64,000 bases of DNA from the human T2T-CHM13v2.0 reference genome, Homo sapiens. Location: the NCBI RefSeq assembly GCF_009914755.1, contig NC_060944.1, one strand, 5' to 3'. The stretch's first letter is position 1. The number at the start of each line of letters is the position of its first letter. Below are positions 1 to 13,849 of the stretch, one piece after another. The notes beneath the pieces were generated by a model that did no database searches, was not told the DNA's origin, and saw nothing but the letters and a program-made list of their open reading frames with translations. Position numbers and translations under genes: made by a program.

Positions 1-59
1 TCCTTCCTCAGCCTCCCATGTAGCTGGGATTACAGGCCTGCACTACTGCATCCAGCTAA
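1..59 (-). mobile_element. Alu fragment cut by the window edge
   Basis: cctcagcctcccatgtagctgggattacaggc...ccagctaat matches an antisense Alu arm. Confidence 0.85.
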
Positions 60-1129
60 TCCTTTGCTCTTTTAAGAGAGTGTTTGATTGCACATATTCC
101 TGAGTGAACAGCCATAAAGATCAGAAAATTCCAGTAACAATAACTTTTTAACCAACACCTTCTAAAGAGCACCTTGAATTTATTTCTCAATAAAGAAGAA
201 GTAAGGAGGTTTTGAAACTCAAGAAAAGGATAAAGGAATGTTTGAGTTTGATTGAGACCAGGAGACAGAGTTTAAGATAATTCTTAATCTATTATTAATA
301 GTGAGGCCTTAGGCCTCATTTAAAAAATGACCTCCTTATAGAATATGAGGTGGTACCCTTAAGACCTAACCATTGATGAGCTTACAAAAAGAGATATGTT
401 TTCCCCCATCGGAAAGCTTCCCTCTCAGTGCAGTTTGAAAAATGAAGGTCTACCCCAGGGTAGTCATCCTTCATGTAACATTAAATATTAAATTAAATTG
501 GTTGGTTGTAGAGCCAGTGTTTTCTTTGAATTCTTTAGTGTAAAGAGGTATTTCTTCTGGAATATTTTCTGGTAGTGTATCTTATTTCTTTACCCACCTG
601 TGATGTAGAATCTCTTCTGTCTTGGCAGGAAGAGAAATTTGTACTACACTTATTTACTTTTGGCAAAGCAGTTCCTATTTTAACACCTACTTGAAAGTGT
701 TAAGACTTTTATTTTATTGTTGTTGTGAGGGGGATGAATTATTTATACAAATTTCTCCCTTTAAACCAGAACAATGATACACTGCTCTGTAAATATCTGT
801 TGGAAAGGCTTTCAGTTTTAACTCATCATATTGTACCGCACCTATCAAGTCCTTTACTGGGTTTTGCATCAGAGTCAAAACACTCAAAAATGATTCAGGG
901 TTCTAGATGACTTCTTAGCTGTAAAATAAGTTTGCCTTTTTCTCACCATTTTGGTGCAACCTTACATACACATCTGGTTGAGATCATTTTCTTGAAGTCA
1001 ATTGAAACCTATTGGAAACACACAAGACATAGCACAAATATTGCATTTTTGGAGTACGGCTATGCTGTGTGTCAAAAACCTAAAATCATTTATTTCTATA
1101 ATTGAGCTCAACCATATGAAAAAGTATTA

Positions 1130-1560
1130 GCTACAAGAAGCAATCAGCATTATTTATGACAGAGAAAACACAGAAACTAATTAAATGTCCAATGAGTTAC
1201 CCGAGGAAATGTTGAAAAAATTCATAAGAACTAGCTATTTAAAATGATGCTGTAAAAATATTTATTTAAAATATTTATTGACATGAAAATCATTTCATGA
1301 AATTCTAAATAAAAGAAAAAGATTGCAAATAGTATGAATATGTGATCTAATTTTGGTATTAAAATATATATTATTTATTTAAATTGTTAAAAATGCATAG
1401 AAAATGGTATGAAAGGACACATACGAAAATGTGTTTATCTCTGGGTAGTGGAAATCTAAGTAGTGTTTACTTTTTTTTTCTTTTTGCCTATTTATTTACT
1501 ATTTTGTGTTTTGGATTATGCTGTGGTGAACATATGTTACTTACTGCATAAAAAGTAAGA
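1130..1560 (+). mobile_element. Ancient L1ME-type 3' fragment (approximate bounds)
   Basis: cagcattattt...aaatgtccaat...gacatgaaaa...atctctgggtagtggaa resembles old L1M 3' ends; highly diverged. Confidence 0.45.
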
Positions 1561-1899
1561 AAAACTGTTCAGGATGATAGACCCATCTTCAAATAGGGGA
1601 CTACAGGAGAGGGAGGTGGTAGAAATTGACCATTCTGTAGGGGGACCATTCTGATTTTAGGATTTCTCTTTTTAGCTTTGGTAAAAATAAACAAAAAATA
1701 AAACTATGTCTTAAAATATAAGTATAAAAACTGTGTTTGTTCTATATGTTTATACTGAGGTTCAAATAGCTCTCGTAGATTTACACTTTTTGAGTGACTA
1801 ATCTCTACATTTTTAGTCTAATTTTTTCATTTGCTTTTTGAACCAATATAGGTGATATTCACTTCTAGAATATTTTATGATGATGTCTGTATCACAAAA

Positions 1900-2140
1900 T
1901 AATAGTTAAATGCATTGCGTGCTGACTAGATCTGACTAGATTCTAGGCCTATTCTAAATACTTGGCATGTATTTACTTGCCTAATTCTCACAATATCCTA
2001 TAAGGCAGGTACTATTATTTTCTCTATTTTACATCTGGATGAAGAACCTGAAGCCCACAGGAGCTAAGTCTTTATTGGAAGTTGTAAAACCTGTGGTAGA
2101 TCTGGGATTTGAATCAAGCAGGCTGGCTCCAGTGCCATAC
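1900..2140 (-). mobile_element. MIR SINE
   Basis: ctcacaatatccctataaggcaggtactattatt...ttttaca...ctgggatttgaatcaagcaggctggctcca matches the reverse-complement MIR core. Confidence 0.75.
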
Positions 2141-2187
2141 AAATATGTGTCACATATGCTACATTATATTTTCATATTTACCAAAGA

Positions 2188-2618
2188 TGTTATGATGGTT
2201 AATTTTCTGTGTCAACTTGACTAGATCATAGGGTGCCCAGATATTTGGTTAAATGTTAACTCTTGGTGGCTTTATGATGGTGTTTCTGGATGAGATTAGC
2301 ATTGGAATCAGCAGACTGCATAAAGCTGATTGCCCTCTCCAATATGGGAGGGCATTGTCTGATTGACTGAGGGCCTGAATAGAACAAAAATGTAGAGGAA
2401 GGGAGAATTCACTCTTTCTGCCTGATGGCTTGAGCTGGAACATCAGTCTTCTCCTGTTTTGACTGGTACTAGACTTATATCATCAGCCCTCCAGTTCTCA
2501 GAACTACACTACTAGCTTCCTGGGTCTCTAGTTTGTAAATGGCAGATGGAGTTTTTTAACCTCCATAATTACGGTAGCCAATTTCTATTGGCTTTGCTTC
2601 TATGGAGAACCATAACAC
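2188..2618 (+). mobile_element. MLT2 (ERVL) solo LTR, MLT2C/D-like
   Basis: Starts tgttatgatggttaattttctgtgtcaacttgactag; contains ggatgagattagcattggaatcag and gagggcctgaatagaacaaaa; ends ...ggagaaccataacaca. Confidence 0.8.
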
Positions 2619-2919
2619 AGATTTGATGAATGAAAATGCTCATTTAAAATGAAAGGAAACTTCAAACACCATATTATAATTATAACTATAAAGTAGGTAA
2701 TATATTTTTAATAGAAGAACAAAAACACCCAAAGAATTTTATTTTCACAAATAGCTTGTAAAGAGGTTTAAAATTTTAATTTGTATTTTTTTCTCTTTTT
2801 GTTAATATGTGTGTGACACATTTTGTATGAATGTCACAATATACCATACCCTAAAATACATCATTTTTGTGCCACTGGTTAATTTAATATTTCTTTTCTT
2901 TGTAATATTTATCCAAAAA

Positions 2920-2920
2920 T

Positions 2921-2958
<38 letters not shown>

Positions 2959-3011
2959 TTAAACATATATGTTTATACTTATCCTATACACACACACGTT
3001 ATACTTATCCT

Positions 3012-3043
<32 letters not shown>

Positions 3044-3114
3044 ATATGGTGTATATATGTATGTGTATATATATATGTATATGTATGTGTGTTTGTGTGT
3101 GTGTAGGATAAGTA
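2920..3114. repeat. Compound (CA)n/(TA)n/(TG)n microsatellite containing an inverted repeat
   Basis: Directly visible dinucleotide runs. Confidence 0.95.
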
Positions 3115-3588
3115 ATTCTTTTTTTCTTTTTTGTATGTAACCCATAAAATAATTAGAACGTGCAAACTCACTCTGTGTTTTCAAAGGTCCAATTCATTAT
3201 CACCTCACACCTTTTCAGGAAAGACAGTTATCAAAAGCATCTCAAATTTAGGCTTTCACTGTGTAATGTCAAAGTTCAAAAAGCAGGAAAAGAAATTTAT
3301 GCTTACAAACATCTCATGGTGCATGACATTTTAAAAAGCGTCCGCCATCCTAGAAAGAGACAATAAATGTTTTTACACTTTAATCTTTAGACTGTTAAAA
3401 ATTTTCACACTAATTTCCTTTCACAGGCCTAAAAATGTACTTTTCCCCCTCTACCATTTTTTCCCTTATTTATATCATTTTATGTTGGCCTCTTTCTTTT
3501 CACTCTCTTCCATTCTTTTATCTCTTTCATTTTTCTCCTTCTAATAACTTTTTATCCATACTAATAATATAGATGAAGATAGTATATG

Positions 3589-3955
3589 TGTATTAGTTCA
3601 TTTTCACACAGCTGATAAAGACATACCCGAGACTGGGAAGTTTATATAAGAAAGAGGTTTAACTGGACTTACAGTTTCATGGGGCCAGGGAAGCCTCACA
3701 ATCATGGTGGAAGGCAAGAAGGACCAAGTCACATGTTATGTGGATGGCAGCAGGCAAAGAGAGAGCTTGTGCAGGGAAACTCCCGTTTTTAAAACCATCA
3801 GATCTCCTGAGACTCACTCACTATCATGAGAAAAGCATGGGAAAGACCTGCCCCCGTGATTCAGTCATCTTCCACTGAGTCCCTCCCATAACACGTGGGA
3901 ATTATGGGAGCTACAAGATGAGATTTCGGTGGGGACACAGAGCCAAACCATAGCA
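3589..3955 (-). mobile_element. THE1 (ERVL-MaLR) solo LTR, THE1A/B-like
   Basis: tgtattagttcattttcacacagctgataaagacatacccgagactggg...aaaaccatcagatctc...ggggacacagagccaaaccatagca; TG...CA termini; about 367 bp. Confidence 0.92.
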
Positions 3956-4108
3956 GTACACAAAAGGTGTTGCTAAAGATTTTTAAACATAAATTGACAA
4001 TACTTTTAATGACAGTGAGTCAGTGCTATTTTTCAAGAATAAAAAGAGAAGCAATGCCAGATTTCCCCCAGTGACATAAAAGAGAAAAGTAGTTATTCCA
4101 GAAAAGAT

Positions 4109-4535
4109 TGTATTCCAGTTTCTGGTAAAAGAAAAACTGACTAAAAAGTGGCTTAAACAATTTTTTCTCTTTCTTCATATAACAAGTCCAAAGGTAGGCA
4201 ATTTCTGGTATTACTTTAGCAACTCCAAGACATCAGGGTCGAGGTCAGTATGATTCTCCTGACTTTTCCATCTAGTGGTGAAGTGGTTGTTTCAGCTTCA
4301 GCCATCACACCCACATTCAAGGTAGGATGAAAGAAATCACATTTATCAGGACAGAAAAATGGCGCTAGAAATCCCCTGCAAATTTCTATATGAGCTCACT
4401 GCCTCACCCATGCTGCAGGGCCAATTCTAGCTGCACAAAAGACTGAGCAGTATATTTTTGCCACTAAAATTGCCAACTGAATAATAAATCAGGTTTCCCT
4501 TAAAAGAAAATGAAAACTGAATATCTGATAGATGT
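4109..4535 (-). mobile_element. MLT1J/K-like MaLR LTR (approximate bounds)
   Basis: agtggcttaaacaa...ataacaagtccaaaggtaggca...cagcttcagccatcacacccacattcaagg. Confidence 0.6.
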
Positions 4536-4624
4536 ATTACTAGATATTTCTATGCAATAAATTCTCCCAAAATCTAGTGGTAAGAAGCAACAAACATTTA
4601 CTATCAAGCAGTTTCTTTTTCTTT

Positions 4625-4915
4625 TTGAACCCTTTGACCAACATCTCATTTCCCCTATTTCCCAGCCCCTGGTAACCACCTTTTCACTCTCTGCTTACTT
4701 GAGTTTGAGTTTTTAGACTTCACATATAAATGAAATCATATATTTGTCTTTCTCTGTCTAATTTCTTTCACTTAGCATAATGTCCTGCAGGTTCTTTCAT
4801 GTTGTCATGTTATCACAAATGGGAGGATTTTCTTTATTATGGCCAAATAATATTCTATTATGTATACATATATAAATGGATATAGAAAATAGGATGTGTA
4901 TATATGTCACATTTG
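4625..4915 (-). mobile_element. L1MA/MB 3' fragment
   Basis: ccctttgaccaacatctc...cccagcccctggtaaccacc...ttcacttagcataatgtcctgcaggtt. Confidence 0.75.
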
Positions 4916-5029
4916 CCTCTTTCATCACAATATGCCTCAAGTGATAGAGTGACTCACCAAAGGGCTTAACTCACATCTAATATATAGTTGACTTCATTGT
5001 ACAGTAAGTCTGACATCAAGTATGGTGCC

Positions 5030-5105
5030 TGTTTTAATTTGCTAGGGCTGCCATAATAAAGTACCACAAACTGAATGGCTTAAAGAACAGAAAATCATTC
5101 TCACC
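5030..5105 (-). mobile_element. MLT1 LTR fragment
   Basis: tttgctagggctgccataataaagtaccacaaactgaatggcttaaagaacagaaa. Confidence 0.65.
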
Positions 5106-6535
5106 CATATTAATGTGCACACAGATTGAAGTGTCCTTATGTGATGTAGCTATACTTACTTTTTGGTGTCAAACATCTTAATGTCTTTTTTAAAACTATG
5201 AGTCAGTGAGAACTACCACCTGATAGGAAAGCATATTTAGATTCTTTTTCAAACAAATCTCATTGGGTCTAATATATAATAGTTTTACAGATTGTATGTC
5301 TTATCTTTATAATATACATTTACTTGATTACTGGTGTTTTTATCCCAAAGTTACAGTTCTGTTTGTTATAATTTGATATTATCATAGAGGAATAGCCTTT
5401 AAAGACCTTGGAAGTAGAGTATTACTGCAAGGTTTGAAAGAAAAACGGCAGCATTAAAGAGTGTCAGCTCTTATATGTATATGCTTTTTAGGAACATAAA
5501 CTTAGAACATTAAAACTCTTAGGTCATACTTGTCAATAAATGATTTTTTTCTCAACAGTACTTTATAACCTTTTAGAAATTTGCCAACAGGTGACAATAC
5601 TCCCTAACAGTCTGCTAGAAGTGTCAGAGCTCAGGATATCTGCTTTTTAATTGCCATATTCAAGGTCTAATTATTTTCTCTATATTGGGGTAAGAGAACT
5701 GTAATGAGGAAGTAAAATCATTAAACACCAGTGAGTAAGGGAACAGAGTCTTCTTGAATTCTGATGTGAATTAGCTTCCCCAGCAGAGCTTTGGCTGTGG
5801 ATAATTTCTATCTGAATGTCTCCTTCTCAGTTATTTGAGAGGACACATAAAATATAAAGGAAGACTGCTCAACTCTTGTGGTCTTTAAAGAGAAGGGAAG
5901 ACAATGGATTAAAAGGCTATTATTACATCTAGACTTATAGACTGTTAATACTTAAGAGTTTATTAACCTCAAAGTGTCAAAATGTTCTATAAATGAGTAA
6001 GATACTATGTAAATCAGGCTACACATATGATAAAAGTTGTCATTAGAATAAGTGGCCTAGAAATATATAATACTACACAGTTTTCATACTTTTTGAATTC
6101 ATAGAATTTAGACACTCAGATTCCTTTAAAACCAATTTTGCTGCTTTATTTATTATTTATCATATTGCCTTTCACAGTTATTCTTTTCTGTAATTCTCAG
6201 CTGTTTTAGAAAACTACCACAATTACCAAACTGTCTCAAAAGCAAAATTTGTTGCTGTAGCTACTAGAAGGCTAAGAAATCACAAACATTTGATTCTGTA
6301 AGAGTCTATGTGTGTGCCTGAGTGTATCTCATGCATGGTTTTATGATAAAGCATGCTAAATAAATTGTTTATATTTGTGTTTGTGTGTATATGTTTACCA
6401 CTTATGAAAAGAACATACCCAATGGCAGAGATTGAATTAAGTGCTTTCTGCATGATCTCATTTTTCCTTATGACAATTCTTGAATGAAGGTATTGTACAC
6501 ATTTATTAGCTAACGCGGTGGGCTTAGCAAGTGGC

Positions 6536-6954
6536 TGTATTAGTCCATTTGTCTTGCTGTAAAGGAATACCTGAGGCGGGGTAATTTATTTTAAAAACAG
6601 GTTTATTTTGGCTCATGGTTCTGTAGACTGTATAAGAAGCATAGTGGTGGCATCTGTTTCTGGTGAGGGCTTGTAGAAGCTTACAATCATGGCAGATGGG
6701 GAAGGAGAGCAGGTATTTGACATGATGAGAGAGGAAGCAAGAGAAAGAGAGGGAGTACCATATTCTTTTTTAACAACCAATTCCCACGTGAACTAGCACA
6801 GCAAGAACTCACTCATTACTGAGGGGAGGACATCAAGCTATTCATGAGGGATTCACCCCCATGTCTCTAACACCTCCCACCAGGTCACACCATCAACACT
6901 GGGGGTCACATTTCAACATGCGATTTGGAGGGGACAAACATCCAAACTACATCA
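6536..6954 (-). mobile_element. MSTB-like MaLR solo LTR inserted into a MIR
   Basis: tgtattagtcc...gctgtaaaggaatacctgagg...gatttggaggggacaaacatccaaactacatca; 5-bp TSD gtggc/gtggt; MIR-like sequence resumes at about 6955-7000. Confidence 0.88.
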
Positions 6955-7579
6955 GTGGTTTAGCTGGGATATGAACCTAGGTCTGCCTGTCTCTAGAGAC
7001 CATTCATGTAAGTACATAGAAACCATATTCTTCCTTGCCACTAGAAAAAACCCTCTAGCAATTTTTGCCAATGTTGATTATAAAAAATTTTATATGGACC
7101 CATAAAGAAAAGAGCAAATTTTGAGCCTCTCTGGGAACTGTGAAAAAAAAAGATCTGTCCTCATATCAACCTTTGACAATTCAAAGAGCAAACAGAAGAT
7201 TGGGTTACTTCTGTGATCACACTGATAATTCCAGCAGGCAAATCTTAGTCACAACAAGTCCCTGGAGTCCAGCCAATCTGGCTGCTTTGATGCTAGGCTC
7301 AGTAGAACTGAACCAAATGTGCGTGGGAAAGAGAAGAACCAGATATTGCCATGACTGCTCATCAGTCAGGATTTCAGAGACTGAAGAACACAGACTGAAC
7401 AAACCTGAACCCATACAGGAAAAATGAACATAGTAGGAGCAAACCATCGCCCTCTCATACAGCATAGGGAGGGATTTTCTGGAGCCAAAGAGTGGGTTTG
7501 GGGTTTCGTAGTCCAAAGTCTGGACTCAAGGGAACCTCAGATAACCAGTAAAAATGATCATCCATATCTTGGGTCTCCT

Positions 7580-7735
7580 AACAACTTGACATGAGTAGTT
7601 TAATATGTTGAAACTTCAGTTTCCACCCTTGCAAAATGAAAGTTATATTGTTCTCTTCCAAGGCTGTTGGTGAGGTTGAATGAGATAAGGTTGATGAAAG
7701 GAACCTCAATACAGTGCCTGATACACAATAATGAC
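7580..7735 (+). mobile_element. MIR SINE
   Basis: cttcagtttcc...aaaatg...tgttggtgaggttgaatgagataa...acagtgcctgatacaca. Confidence 0.65.
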
Positions 7736-7959
7736 AATAATTATATCATAATCACAGTCATAATCACAATAATGCCCTTTCTAGCCACATATGGCAGAGA
7801 CATTGGTGCAGTGGTCCTCAAACATACGGGTCAGATTTGTCGCTCAAGTCTGTGATCTAATGACATGATGAACCCATTAGATGCCTCCCTATCATCTGGA
7901 TATTGTTCCTTGCTTTTTCCAAGATCTTTTTGAAGATGACAATATATTTTCATAATATT

Positions 7960-8540
7960 TCACTATTTTAAAAGCTTTCTGTTGAGCATAATATACATAT
8001 TGGAATGTGCAAGTATCAGTTATACTGCTTGATGAAATTTTACCAGCTGGATGTTTTTGTAGCCAGTACCCAGTTGAGAAACAGAACACTTTCTCCAGTC
8101 ACTATCCTCCCGCAATGAAGTGTACCTTGGGCTAATAGATAAGTTTTGCCTATTTTCCAAATTTAAATAAATAGAGCCATATACTCTGTATATGTTTACA
8201 CCTCACTTCTTTTAGTCAAGATAATGGTTGTGAGATTCATAGATTCATTCATGTTTTGCATGTAGTCATGCTTTGTTCTTTTTTATTGCTATGTAATATT
8301 CTATTGTGTGACTATACCACAATTTATCCATTTTCCTATTGACGGGCATTTGATTAGCTTCCAGTTTGGGGATATTATGAATAGAGATTCTATAAATATT
8401 CTTGCACATGTCTTTAGTGTACAAATGGAAGCATTCTTGCATGCCTAGGTTTGGGACTGCTAGGTCATAGTATGCATATGTTTAGCATCTTTTCGAAAGC
8501 AAGGGTATCATTTTACATTTCCACCAGCTGTGTACTGGGT
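7960..8540 (-). mobile_element. L1ME-type 3' fragment
   Basis: gagattcat...ctattgtgtgactataccacaatttatcc...gggcatttg...ttccagtttggggatattatgaata...ttttacatttccaccagc. Confidence 0.75.
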
Positions 8541-11189
8541 TGTTTTCAATGATTATTGTGTGTTAGGAATCATTCTTCCTGCATCACGGTTATTTTTAAA
8601 GCATCCACCTGAGAAAAATGCAGCTCTACTAAGGGCTGGTTCTTGTGGACATTAGATCCCACCAAGATGGCTGAGAGCAGGACGTGCCCTATGATATGTG
8701 TATGTGTTAGAGGCTGGAAAGCTATCAGAACCATGTACTTCTGCTGCTGTTTTATGGCTTCATATATTTTGGTGGCAGTCCTTAACAGCTGTGGATTTAT
8801 TTTTCTAATGTTTGCTTGGAAACTGAAATGAGTTTGAAAGCAGCCCGATTCATATAGACCACACAAGTAAGAAGAAGCATATTAGATAACACAAATATGG
8901 GCTAGAGTGGCGCCAGAGAACAAAAAAGAAACAACTAATGATTAGGTAACTAGTGGACCCAGGCATGAAATTTAGTAATATGCTGTTTAAACATAAAAGG
9001 CTAAGAAAAACTTGTTTGAAATTGTAGAAGTGTCTGACAGCTAGTGTAAGGAATGTGTGAGTTTCCACGCTGACATCCTCCCATACCAACAGCAGTTTCA
9101 ACTTATCAGGTGGCCTTCAATTTTAGCAATGAGGAGAAAAATGGGTAATAAATATGAGATCTTGTGTTAATTCAAACCATTCACAAATCTCTTTATTTTA
9201 GGGAAAGTCACGCTAAAACCACAAACCAGCAGGAAGAAGTAAAACTTTCAATAATGGGTTGAGCATCGACTGAGCTTGAGGCCTGACACGCTGCATTCCC
9301 ATTTTATCCTCAAGCCAGGCCAGTTGTGTGTTTTCACCAACATGTTTCCCACAGATTGGTCCCAGAGATGCTAAGTCACTTGTCCCAAGTTCCAAAAGTT
9401 TGTGAATGACAGAGCCATTTTCAAATTGAGGTTGAGCTGATTCCTCACTGCTTCATGTTGCGAGAGAGAAGTAATAGGGAAGTAGTATGATTTGGCAGTA
9501 AACAGCAGGCAAACTATAAAACATTATCTGATGGACGACACAAACGCTCTTTACATCTCTGTCATTGCGCCCTGTCCGGTAGGAGCAGCTGAATGCCATT
9601 TGGCTCTTTCACCTTCTGCTATCTCAGGAAGGCAAGCTGAGCTTAGACAACTCCCTGCCTTTGTTGTCCCCTCACCTCATGTCTGTATTCATCTCTGTTC
9701 CCTTATGTTGTAATTTTCTAACCTTTTCCCCTCCCATCCAGTGGCCTTATCTGAAAAATGAATCCTCAAGTTGTCCACAGCTCTTCACTAAGACCCGGTC
9801 TAGATCCAAAATGAATTCAGAAGGCTCTCAGCCAGCGGGGCAATGTGTGGAATTTATGGTAGTTTGGGGGCGTAATCTTAGTGCAGACAAGTTTCCTTTG
9901 CCTTGTTGGAATCACATCGGAGCCATCAAATTATATTGCTTCTCAAGATGCAGTTAAAGTGATTTGGGATGTGCTCCTCTGGCTCTCCCACTTGAAGAGC
10001 TTTACTGTGAAGCTTGAGCTTAAGGTAGAGATGAGCTGGTAGGCCCAGGTGAGGAAAGTGGTTAGATTCCTTGTGACATCTGGAATCAGTACTTGACTGA
10101 TAGAGTTGGACAGTACTTTCATGATCAAGCATTCCAAACACCTCATTTAATGAGGGAAGCTCCAAAAGTCAAATCCAAGAATGCCAAGTTAGGGAGGAGT
10201 AAGAGCTAGAATAAAAATCTCTCAATGCATGGTACAGTCCTCTTTGCTTTTTTAAAAAAGTTATTGTAATCTCACAGATGAGTAAAATTAAGCAAAATGA
10301 AGCTAGCTGGTTTAACAAACTTCATTGTAGCATCAACCAAAAATGTGTGAGTCAGCATTAAATTGGGCCAGATTTGGGGTGGGAGAAAAAAATGGTCAGA
10401 TTTCTTCCACCAAAAGGCATCATTAGATGTCTTCATTCCAAGCTCAGAGTGTACATACAGCAATTTGCTGCTCACAGCACGTCCACAGCAAATTATTTCC
10501 CTTCGTCAATCAGAATTGTGGTCGTCTAATTTGCCATTCTCAATACTAGTCACGCTTTCACTCTGTGTAAAAATTCAGATTTTCTTCTCTCTTCTTAGAC
10601 ACATGGCACCTTTTACCTGCAAAAGGTAATTGCAGTGACTGTATTGACATGTAATGATATATTCACGAGCTAATCACATTTGCATTTCCTCCGCTTGCTA
10701 CTGAAAAGCTGCAAAGGAGTCCCTGTCATCATGTGTAGGTCCTCTTCCAGCCCAGCATTCACAGCAGGCTGGCAACACCAGGCATTCAGTCAGCAGGTCA
10801 TAATGACTCTACCGCTTTCTATTATTCAAAATGGAATTTAACTGGGAACTTCATATTGTATTGTACACTTAACCCAGTTTTCTTATTTGTTATAGGTTTA
10901 TATTGTTAAGCAGTATGGTAAAAATAAAATTCTATTTACCAAATTCTCCTTAACAGATGGAATGTTTAATAGGCCAATAAATAATAGGTTTTAAAATAAC
11001 TTACTAATCTTTATATTCTCCGTATTCTTAATATCCTTCTTATCTACTCCAGACCTTTTATTTTAAAACTTTAGAATATCTTAAATAATTACCAGTCAAT
11101 ATTTATTACATCATTATATTCTGCATTTAGCTTTATTGCTTATATTTTAACAAATGTAATAAAGACAATGGCATATGCAGCTTGTAGTT

Positions 11190-11540
11190 TGTTGCTATGA
11201 GCCAGGCCCTGTGTTAAGCAATTAGAGGATCTAAGTGAGTCCTCACCTTAACTGTGTGAAGTAGATATCACTGTCCTCTTTTTACAGATGAAGAAACTGA
11301 GGTTCAGAGAGGTTGAATCACTCTTTCAATGCCACACTTAAAAAAGTGGTCAAACCAGGAGTGATGGCGAGTGCTTATAGTCCCAGCAACTCAAAAGGCT
11401 GAGGTGAAAGGGTCACTTGATACCGGGAATTCGAGTCCAGTTTGGGCAACTTAAGAGACCTTGTTTCAAAAAAGCAAAAACAAAAATAAGTGGTCAAATT
11501 AGGATTTATAATCAGAACTATCTGACATTAAAGTGCTCTT
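11190..11540 (-). mobile_element. MIR interrupted by a FLAM monomer
   Basis: ttttacagatgaagaaactgaggttcagagaggttgaa core; continues after 11498. Confidence 0.75.
11355..11487 (+). mobile_element. FLAM-type Alu monomer
   Basis: About 130-bp single arm with A-tail; TSD aagtggtcaaa at 11344-11354 and 11488-11498. Confidence 0.8.
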
Positions 11541-11554
11541 AAAAGTGAAAACAC

Positions 11555-11850
<296 letters not shown>

Positions 11851-12174
11851 AAAAGTGAAACCTCATTATTCTGCTTTTGAAATGGAGTGACCTTTCTTCC
11901 TTGTTCCATATTCACATGGACCATTTCATCCACAGGAAAAGAAGAGGAAATTATAAATACCATGATTCATAATTTAATTACTAGTGAATTGATAGATAGT
12001 AATGAAACAAAAGTATGAGATAACAGAGAGGAATGAGAGTGGTATTAGTCAGTCAAAATCTATTCAGATGCCAGCAATGGACCGTTTTCACAAAATCTAG
12101 GATCTTTATAAAAACTTTTTTAAAGATAGCTGAACTTTATTGATTCAAATACTAAAACTTTTACAAAGAAACTT

Positions 12175-12537
12175 TTTTAGTTTTATTTTATTTTTAATTG
12201 ACAAATAGTAATTTTATTTAAGGGGCATACAGTGATATTTTGATACATGTATATATTGTGGAATGATCAAATCACAGAACTAGCATATCTATCACTTCAA
12301 ATATTTATGATATTTTTGTGGTAAGAACATTAAACATCATCTCTGTTTGCTGTTTTGAAATATACAATACATTACTATTGACTATAATCACTTTGCTGCT
12401 CAATAGAACACCAGAACTTATTTTTCTCAGCTGCAACTTTGTATCCATTGGCCAGTAATAGTTCCCCCTACCCCGCCCCACCTCAAACCTCTGGTAACCA
12501 CCAATCTACTCCCTACTTCTATGAGTTCAACTTTTAA
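12175..12537 (-). mobile_element. L1MA8/9-like 3' end
   Basis: T-rich tail then aattgacaaata...tgatacatgtata...gtggtaagaacatt...ctctggtaaccacc...ctatgagttcaactttta. Confidence 0.8.
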
Positions 12538-13190
12538 AAGTAACTTTTCATGGAAATCTTTCTAAAATATTCTATAGGCATTTCTGTATAGCATTTAAAC
12601 AGATGACCTCAGGACATGACTTGAAAAATCCAGGATTTCACTACGTGGTGGAATAGCTCTGGTCCGTTTTCATTTGTCTTGAGCTCTGCTCTCCTGATGT
12701 TTACTCTCATGTCTGAATCCACTTGGTTCTTCCCTTAGTGACTTCTCTTCCATCTAGTGTGCTATGGACCATATAACACAGAGTTGCAAAAAAATCTGTG
12801 TATGGAGTGATTGGGATTCTGAAGGAAAACCTTACAGAGGAAAGTGGTACTTCAGTTATAGCTTTTTGGGGTACCAGACAAGTTTTACAATTTTGAAATA
12901 CTGATTTATTTATATTTCACATTGTTCACTACATATAAATGCACATGTAAGAAAATGATGGTAAATGTACATACAGAAAAATTAGGCATAGAAGTGTACA
13001 AATGAGAACCCATATCAAGGAGCTTCTTGGCAGTCAAACCAAGGCAAAAAGAGGCAGATTTAGTTATGATTTTTATTATCATAGAAGATAATGTATAACA
13101 GCCGTGAAAGAGCTCATAGAAAGCTTCATGTATCTTTTTTTAAAAAAATTCCCTAAGTCAGAGCTGTGTTGTAGTGGGCTAAAATTTCTT

Positions 13191-13498
13191 TTTCTGTTTT
13201 TCTTTTTCCTTTTTTTTTGAGACAGAGTCTTGCTCTGTCACCCAGGCTGGAGTGCAGTGGTGATCTCAGCTCACTGCAACCTCCGCCTCCCGGGTTCAAG
13301 TGATCCTCCCACCTCAGCCTCCCGAGTAGCTGGGACTACAGTCATGTGCCACCACGCCCAGATAATTTTTGCATTTTTAGTAGAGATGGGGTTTCACCAT
13401 GTTGGCCAGGCTGGTCTTGAACTCCTGACCTCAAGTGATCTGCCTGATTTGGCCTCCCAAAGTGCTGGGATTATAGGCATGAGCTACCGTACCCAGCC
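13191..13498 (-). mobile_element. Alu (older S/J type), full length
   Basis: Antisense dimeric Alu; TSD ctaaaatttctt / ctaagatttctt. Confidence 0.95.
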
Positions 13499-13849
13499 TA
13501 AGATTTCTTCTTGGTGTTGCTTTCACTAAAAAAATAATCATTAGCAGTAATAACAACTGAACAATTATATTAAAATACTGTGGATCAAATAATGAAATAG
13601 AGAGTTATGCTCCCTAGGGCCTTAACTATCTATTCAGAAAGCAAAGATAAAACTTTATACGGCTAGCCAATTCAAGTTAGTATATGTTGTCATTACTGAA
13701 TTTATGTAAATTTTAGATATAACGTTCTAACCCCAGTTTTTCAACTTCATAACTAAGATATGTAGTTGAAGATTCCTCAAATGCTTACGAGGACATTAAC
13801 ATCACCCAAATCAGCCAAAATATGTCATATACCATTGAATTGGACACCC

